Assembly: GCA_904063045.1 (NCBI GenBank)
Contig: CAJFCJ010000006.1
Location: forward strand, 1,245,771-1,309,770
Length of the DNA: 64,000 nt
Source of the DNA: Dimorphilus gyrociliatus
Lineage: Eukaryota; Animalia; Annelida
Reading direction: 5' to 3'
This document shows positions 50,855-64,000 of the stretch, piece after piece. A program made the translations under genes and the position numbers. The notes under the pieces were generated by a model. That model was not told the DNA's origin and searched no databases. It saw only the letters and a program-made list of their open reading frames with translations. Positions within the stretch are counted from its first letter, which is position 1; each line of letters begins with the position of its first letter.

Positions 50855-52470
50855 CAGGAGGAGGATTAAATGTAATAAGGCCGTGTTAAATTCTAATTTC
50901 TTTCTCTTAGAGGTCTTCCTAATCGCGTGTCTTCCTATTCTTTGTATGTTTTCGTTATATTCCGATCACTTTCTTTTAAAGAGACTAAATCTCGGCTGGT
51001 TCCGTTTAATGTCATTTTTTATTGTTATTTTCTTCCTTTATATAACTTATACCTATCTATTTATCTTTCTCCGTAGAATAAAATATATAAACGGATTTGG
51101 AAGTTTATTCTCCGTTTAGGATTGTAGTCTATATATTACTATATAAATGATAAGGCAGTACTTTTGCATTATAGATATTTCATATATATATATCTATATA
51201 TGTATGTATGAAGTATTGTATAATAAAGTAACTCACATAAAACGTTATATAATTGGGATCGCTACGCGACGCCAAAGCCGGGCCGATGGAACGTCGTTAC
51301 AAAGTGTCACGATCATTCCGTGACGTCAGAATGACAAGAATTAATGAATTGAGAGTATAGCTGTTACGGAACATACCGATTTATCATGTAGCCCTAGTAG
51401 GAGGGTATTTGAATGTGAAAGTTTTTTAGAAAAATGAGTAAAATATAATGGACAAGAGAAATGGATAAAGGAAAGAGAAAAGAGAGGGGTGGAAGTCGGT
51501 GATGCGTGACGCTAAAATCGACGCCAGCCGGATATCTTGCGAACAAGTCGGCGCCTTCAAAGAGTTTGTCGCACCTGACGACCGACTTGGTGCAGGTGAC
51601 CATCATTAGCTTTTTCATTATAACTTGTAAGGTTTCTTTATCTTCTATTCCGATCTGCAAAATATAGAAGGCGGATGAAACGAATCTCGCGAGGAAGCGG
51701 TTTAATTTCGAATGCGAGATTGAGGCAGGGCCTGGAGATTTTATCTTTAACCGATACGTTCGATTTGTTTGTCAAATCTCCCCTCCGTCTCTCTTACTCT
51801 TTTCTTATTTTCCCTCATCTTTCTTCTCTTATTTACTATTTCACTACGGTAGAATAAGCGCCAATTCTATTATTCACTATGTCAAAAAGTTGCGAGAAGG
51901 CACGCGCCACCCAATCGGCGTTTCTTTGAACGCTCAAGCGTTGCTTTCAAGTGGCACGCGCTGACCTTTCACCCGATTTCGCGGTAAGCGTCTAAACTGG
52001 CTTAGTGACACTTTTGTGACCATGTCCGGCACGGGCGAGAATTAAAATAATACACATTCTCTTTAATAACAGAAAACAAGGGATTTACAATAAGTGTAAA
52101 AAAAATACTGGGGGCGTGGAATATGATGGAAGAGTACCAAGAGTGGTATACGAAAAATGAGAGATCGCGACGTCCCTTCTGATGCCGTCTAATTCGAATG
52201 TGGGATCATTCAAATACGCTTAAACGCATGCTGTTCTATAAACGGGCGATTACAACACTGCGCCACGTTTTCGAAATTAATTAATTTATGCTGTTAGTCT
52301 TCTTGGTCATGTGATCGTTACGGTTTAATTATAAAAAAAACGCAAAAAAAATAAGGCTAACACAAATATAAGCAAAAGATGAACAGGGAAAATATAGGTA
52401 GGTGTTTGGTTGTGTGGGGATGAAGAGCAATAGACATGATATAATATATACTGATATACTGTATATATAA

Positions 52471-52474
<4 letters not shown>

Positions 52475-52506
<32 letters not shown>
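52475..52506. repeat. (GA)n microsatellite
   Basis: About 16 AG units. Confidence 0.95.
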
Positions 52507-52511
<5 letters not shown>

Positions 52512-53245
52512 AAGAAAACGTATGATGCTGACTGGCGACCAAAGGGAAAAGAGCGTTACTAGAACGTTGCTGGGAAGCATTCAATGTAGTGCATGGAATG
52601 TAGTGTCCACTCGCGTCGACACGTGTCGGCAAACAATGCCATTTTTCCCATTGAAGGCAACAAACATATGCCCTACATTTCCTTACCCGATGTAATTCGA
52701 AAATTGATAAGTTATAGCTGGTGCGAAGGCAACAGTGTCAATTTCGTGAAGACAAACAATCGAATAAGTGTCAGCGGCGGGGAGTCTTCGGACTCTGTGT
52801 GAACAATAATCGAGAAGGATAATTCGTTTTTTGTTACCTTCTCGCTTTCTTTATTTTCTCAATTAATTTAATTGAAAAATTTCATCAGTGTATGTTTCAA
52901 GTTTTTTATTGCTGTACTACGTAAGAGATTGGAAGAAGAAAAAAAAATGCTATTTACTCAGCCGCAAACTATTTAACCCTCGTTGCAGCTTATCTCTACA
53001 GAGCCGCTGAACCAAAACTCTCGAAGCATCACGTGATTGCATTAGAAAATTTCTTATGAGGTCAGAGTTTATAGTTGTCATCCAGTGATATTTTTACCTG
53101 TATCCTCTTCGACACGTTACGGTTCGTGGCACCGTCTTTCTTTTTTTACTGTTAACGCCTACAATTCATGGAACACTAGAAATTGGGAAAAAAGACGTAG
53201 CGACTAAAAAAGAAACGCCCTAGAAACGAAGCGTCATCAGCCATC

Positions 53246-54109
53246 AGATAAGGGAGATTGCGTTCGAACGCTTTATGCATTAGAATGCTCGCTTTTCCGG
53301 GAAGTTTGGCATCGACCGCGCATGCGCAAAATCAAGCGCTCATTAATTAACATACATAATGTATATAGATGCATATAGCATAACTGCGCCGAGCAGATAA
53401 GGCTAAATCGGCTTTAGAACGGCTGTGTGCGTTGTGCTGATAAGGCAAAACTTGGCTGACAAACTGTTATATTACAAACAATATTCTGGCAACTTTCACT
53501 AACCAGGTTTGTTACGTTGGTACGTTTTTTTAATGTTTCTATTTGAGATTATCAATGGTGATATTTTCGTTTCTTTTATCAGAAGCGCTTAATTAATTTC
53601 CGCATAATATTGATATATATAGGAAATATTTATTTACCGTATAATGATATCTAACTAACATAAAAGAATATATAGAAACGCTATATCATTAATAAATTAA
53701 TGTCGTCAAAAGAATTAGATTAACGCTTAAATCGTTTACCCTCCCTATAACTAATAAGCTTATACTTCTTTATCATATATATGTTATACAGTTGTTTGTC
53801 TTTTGATAAGCTAATATCAATTAATTAATACGTAAACTTTCAACACCGCCTATTACATACTCGACGGCGTTTGTATGTATCGTACTCTTATCAACCTCCT
53901 TTACGCGTATTACCATTTTTTATCTCGCCTAAACGGTCGATAATCATGCGTTTATCATCGCTCGTCTTGTAAAACTTCCGTGATAATATTTCTTATCTGA
54001 GTTTGATAATTGATTAGATAATTTAGCTATATATACTATATATAAAGGCATTAATATACACAAACTAATATATAAGTCGTAAAAATAAGAAATACGAGAA
54101 TAAAGATAA
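53246..54109. promoter_or_regulatory. Dense WGATAA cluster upstream of the GATA gene (candidate autoregulatory enhancer)
   Basis: 15 WGATAA/TTATCW sites counted by eye in about 860 bp. Confidence 0.6.
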
Positions 54110-54140
54110 TAATCCATCTTCTTCGTAAGATTTAACTAAT

Positions 54141-54323
54141 AAAAAAAGAAAGAGGGAAGAGAGGAAAAGACAGAGATTGAAAGAAAAGACAGACAAGACA
54201 GGAAGATAGATAGAGGAGGGGAAAGGGGAAAGCGCGGGGAAAGAGGTGGAGATTGGAAATAGAGAGAGAGATGGGGAAGGGGGGAGAAGAGAAGAAGAGA
54301 TAAAAAAAATAGAGATTACAGAA
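54141..54323. repeat. Polypurine/polypyrimidine low-complexity tract
   Basis: About 180 bp almost entirely A/G on the + strand, with several GGGG runs. Confidence 0.9.
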
Positions 54324-57064
54324 TTGTTATCTGTTACATATTATTACTATTATTTATTTTAATATGCAGTTAAATTATCATACACCATTGTCTGTACCAA
54401 AATCTCCACTACTTTATATATAAATTATGTTTATATATACAATATGCATATATTGTGCTCATGAAAGAAAAAGATTCTCTTCTGACAAACAGAACAAATA
54501 GATAGATAGATAGTTTTAATCTTCTTTTTATTACAAACATACCAAAAAAAGTAAAAGAAAAAAAGCATATTTGCACTTATTTACTTGTGTGTACAAGTAC
54601 CTAGTAAGTAGCTATTATTATATAAAGTAAGAACGGGTACTTGATAACTCATTGAAATAAATTCCAACTCTTATACGTCTGTGTACGATTATTTGAACAG
54701 ATAAAATTATTTATAAATATCTTAAACGTTTGTCATGTCCCCTCTAGGCCTATTTAAAAACTGTATAAGGGATTTTTTATCATTGTATATACAAGCGTGT
54801 TTTAACCCCAAGTACAAAATCGTTTTTTATTATATATATAGTATATATACAAATGGTGGATTGCGCCGCCGGCGATTGTCTCAGTTCACTCAGGCGGCCT
54901 TATCTCGCCATTGCAGCAATGCTCACTGGCCCAAATGCTGCAATACAGTACGGTACTGGAAAAAAATCGTTTACGGCGTTTATTTTACGGGGTAAAAGTG
55001 GAATGGAAAATTCTTTCCTTTCTATTTATGTGCGTATTGAGGTAAAGAGAATAATTAAAAGTTAATCGAGTGCGGTAAACGTTTAAATGGGGAATGTATC
55101 GCATAGGAAACGCTAAAGTCGACGCTCATTTCCGCTTCGCGACGGACGTCACTTGAGGCGTCATTTAGCAAACAAAGAAGGTTGTCGCTGCGATTGTCTA
55201 TTCTTTATAGACGTTTGATGGGTGATGTGAGTGATAGGAGACCGTTCATTTGCATATTATATACATATATAGTTTGCTTAATTACCATATATTGATTTAT
55301 GTTATTCACGACCGAAATTAGGGCTTAATGAGTTAAATCGTGCATCAGATACATATTTTTAATTAATCAAAATGCGTTTAAATTGGTTGTTCAAGTTGGA
55401 AAGATGGAGCCACCATTCACTTGAACGGGGGCATATTTATCATAAGCTTTCTAGACCATTGTAAATATGTGTCAGCCTATACAATATAAGCAATTTAAAG
55501 CATTATTATATAAATGCGAAATATTTAAAGTATTTTAATTTTGGAAATATGTATACTGTTAGGCCTACGCTGTAAACTTTCAGTCAAGAAAAGGCCTAGA
55601 GAGCTGCTAAAAGCGTCTAATTAGGGGCCCACTGAAGGTGAGACGGCTCGAAAGAAGATGACGTGAACAAAGGTTCCAAATGACGTGTAAATGGGTCTAT
55701 AAAAGAGTAACGGCAAAAGCCGACAACTTCGAAATCTTTGAGTAATTATCCAATATAACCATCGCCGTTACGCTTTTTTAAGAGGCATTGAACAAGATAA
55801 AAGATGCAGAACAAATAAGAATAATAATAATAAATTTGTAGGAGCAATATAACTGAGTAAAGGCTATATGAATTTGTAGTAAAAATATCTGCATAGTCGA
55901 AGGATGGATTAAAGCGGCTAGCGAAAACGGCTTGTTTGTATTCGACTGTTTTGCTTGGACGTGCTGAGCGAGTTTGCGATTGCTCTATATATAAACAGGC
56001 ATTCCCGTATATAAAGTTTGTCTTGAGCTGGCGCTTATAGACTTACGACCATATGTCGAAGAAACTTTCTCCTATTTAGATTTCCGTTTACATAGAGATT
56101 CTAACTTCGACGTCGTTCAAGATGGTCTAAAAAAAAAGAAAACAATCTCTGACCACAGCCTAACGAACTTTTCTATGAAGTAAAAATATTTAGATGTCTA
56201 GACACGAGTGTGAGTAGGATCAGCTGCCCCAATCATCCAGTCTGATCCTCAGGTTTTCTACTAACGAAACAATAAGGTAATTTTTACTGAGTTTGTTTCG
56301 ATTTCGCGTGCGTGCATGCTGAGACCGCTTTTGATTGAAAGAACGTTTAATCAGACCTAGCGTTCCCAGCTTTTTTTTCCCAACCGCTTCGTATCCGAAC
56401 ACTAGGCGTCTTTCGAATATGACGCCGCCCGAGGCCGAAAGGTGCCTGATGGTAAGGTAGATAAGTTTTAGCGTGAGCAAGTTGCATTGTGCGTGTATGT
56501 ATGTATGTGCGTCTGCTCTCGAAAGAATGTTCAGTCTCAACCCTAAATTACACAGCACGTTTGTAGAAAGTGAAATTCTTTGTTGTCGTACGAACAAAGC
56601 GAATGTATAAGCATATATATGTATTCATGTTACTCCTCGAACATCTAAGTAGACATATAAATGCGTAGTATTGACGGATTTAACCCAATTTTTCTCTCTT
56701 TTCCTTTGCGTGGGCTCTTTTAAGTGTAATTTTTGTCTCGTAGGAATCATTGAAAACTCGTGGGCTCGTACGCAAATATATCAACTAAAGTTACATATAG
56801 GTCAATATTATACGTAAATCTTTCCCAGACTGTATAAGTCCCTTTACAATTGAAAATGACCAGCTCTGAATAGTTTTGACCTCGTTGGTCTTTCTCAATA
56901 AAGAATTCAAAAACCGAATTTGAATGTTGATTAGACGGTGGATGGAATGAGGTGCCAAGATCGAACGATAAGTAAATGTATGATGCGCGCACTAAAGGTG
57001 TCTACAAGTCCAAGCAGCGTTTGCTTTACCACAACCGGGACAATTCGCAGCATGCTAACATGAT

Positions 57065-57143
57065 GGGCGGAGCTTATGCTAGGTAGCGCTCATTGGCTGA
57101 AAAAACTGAACTCCGCCCACGGCGCCACGTCGTCTAATATTGG
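57065..57143 (+). promoter_or_regulatory. Proximal promoter of the GATA gene (GC boxes + CCAAT boxes)
   Basis: GGGCGG at 57065, ATTGG at 57092, CCGCCC at 57113 and ATTGG at 57139. These are followed by a likely 5'UTR exon ending GAG|GTGCCT at 57403 and an acceptor at 57495. Confidence 0.55.
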
Positions 57144-57499
57144 CCGCACCAACAAACGTTCGTCACGCTCCTCTTTCATTCTATTCGCTTCGCTATCGGA
57201 ATAGCTATCAGACTTACAGGCCGGATTTAGATCGTCGAATCGGTGGATTTTTTAAATAGATCATCCTTCGTCTCAATGCGTCTTATCTACTATCTACAAC
57301 TGCCATCAGTATTGAGATAAACTTTTAAAATCGTGAACCACAAGCGGCCGCAATTCAGCAGAATTGTTCGTCTTATCTCAACATATCGCTAAATTTTTAT
57401 GAGGTGCCTGTTGTTTGCATATCTGATCCAATCTGCATTCGCACCTCGATTTATTCAATTTCCATATACACTTTTCCTTTATCTATCCTTAACAGAACA

Positions 57500-62373
<4,874 letters not shown>

Positions 62374-64000
62374 GTAAGTAATAAGTTTTAAGCTTATAAA
62401 TTATAGCATTTAGTATTGTGGGGTAAGCTAAATAGCAGCATTTCCATTTATGAGGGCATGTTTTGGGGATACTTGCAAAAATCTAAGTAAGATTTTAGAC
62501 TGTTAATGCTATATACACTAGTTATAGTTGAGAAATTGTGAAAGGCGATCGCAGCGGGCCAAGTATTCAAGTTAATAGAGCGTGCTTGAATATTACACCA
62601 TCATTCACTCGTACCTTTCGTAGACGGTCATGGCGCCAATTGCGCCAATAGCTGGCGCCGTCCTCCTTTGTTCAATTTACTCCTTCTACTCCGCCCAAGC
62701 CGATTTCTGGCTTATCTTACAAATCGCTGGTGAGACTGATCGTAAATGGCAAGGAATAATCAAGAATTAAAAAGAAAAATTATTATATATAAACAGACTG
62801 GATATGGGTGACGCCCTCTAATTGCGCAATTAAGAAGGGGCGCCGCTGTATTTATATTAAACGCTTAATTTTTCGTCACTTCTCCACCTTTTTGTTTGTA
62901 GCGAGGGATCAATTAGGTGTCTGTTGTTTATACCCAAATTTTTCCATAAAAGACATCAAAGTGCCTGCCGCAGAATATTTATTAAGGGAAAATTGAGGGG
63001 TAGCGGGGGGGCTTAAGAGGAAAAAGTTAAGAGTAAAGGTAGGGGAGGTGGCCTATAAGGAGTATATGCGCATATATTTAAGCGAGAAAAAGTTCCCATT
63101 TAGATAAGGATCTTTCGGGTAGTGAGTGGGTGAAAACCCCCCCACGCGGTCAGTCGGAAACGCCGCCACACTCGTGAACTGTTTGTTGACATTTTGTATA
63201 AACTTTACATATATAAACACTCGATAAGGCCAGCCGCTATGCGTGCTTGATGGGCCATGGTCGGTAGATAAGAGAAAGATAATGACCACTTCTCACCAAC
63301 CTCCTGAGACCGTTTTTTCGTTTACTCACCTTGAGTATTTTTTTGCCCTAACCTACTATTTTCCATTCGCTGCTTTTCGCTTTATTGTGGTTGGAACCTG
63401 GTTCTTTATGTTTCAAGACCCCCATTAATAATACGGTCGAGACTCTTCGATGACAGAAGAGACTAGATTGTAATGACACAAAAGAAGTGAACAGTCTGTT
63501 TACCCGCGGCCTGCTGTGAATTCATTGTGTTCCACTCGAGCTCTCTGCTGGAGACCGTCGGGGTTCCTTATTCGTCTCTCAGGGCTAGTTACCGTATTTT
63601 CCCTTTTTCTCATTAACGGAATTAGGGTGGAGCACTGAGAGGTGGAAAGGGGGAACCAGGGGGGCGTACATTAGCTCCTAATAAGAGAAACTTTACATAA
63701 AGAAAAAACGTTAATAGGGAAATAGTAGCCGAGTGGGTACTATTTACTGGTGACATAGTAAGAAAACATAGAGATAAGAAAACTGCTTGAAAGATGCTTT
63801 AATTGTGTAACATAGAAAAAAAAGAAAAGGAATATCTCGCACGCGAGAGAGAGAAAATAAAAGCCATTGAGCCTATTATCGGCACGCGACTATAAGGTTA
63901 TCGAATCGTGTATCGACAATTCGATTGAAGAATATCTCTACAGCACAGATTGTTATATGGAATGTTCATTCTTTAGAGACGGACCGAAATTCTTCGATTC

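Noticed and set aside
52329-52632. ORFs with SLSLSL runs
   Set aside because: Artefacts of the (GA)n microsatellite.

Overview
AT-rich, gene-dense animal (metazoan) genomic DNA with very short GT-AG introns, mostly about 45-70 nt. This explains why the ORF track is fragmented. The style fits a miniaturised spiralian genome such as the annelid Dimorphilus; this is inference and cannot be confirmed here. The first 51 kb hold about 20 tightly packed genes, many head-to-head: a non-NMDA ionotropic glutamate receptor, orphan genes, a tetraspanin, RNASEH2A, EOGT, a KIF28/KLP-6 kinesin-3 with an intronless class A GPCR nested antisense in one intron, CNBP, BICD, ZMYND12, an ATRX helicase apparently lacking its ADD domain, TMBIM4, a TTBK-like kinase, SEC61A and a myristoylated double-C2 protein. 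The last 13 kb are a GATA1/2/3 gene with long introns and dense regulatory DNA, running off the window end. The most striking observation is in the glutamate receptor. A 212-nt intron ends in the perfect reverse complement (19 bp) of the exon end just upstream of its own donor, so both splice sites would be locked in one duplex. This is reminiscent of the exon-intron duplexes that guide A-to-I editing in vertebrate GluRs, but it lies at a different site. No transposons, tRNA/rRNA genes or CRISPR arrays were recognised. Exon boundaries were read by hand and are approximate unless stated.
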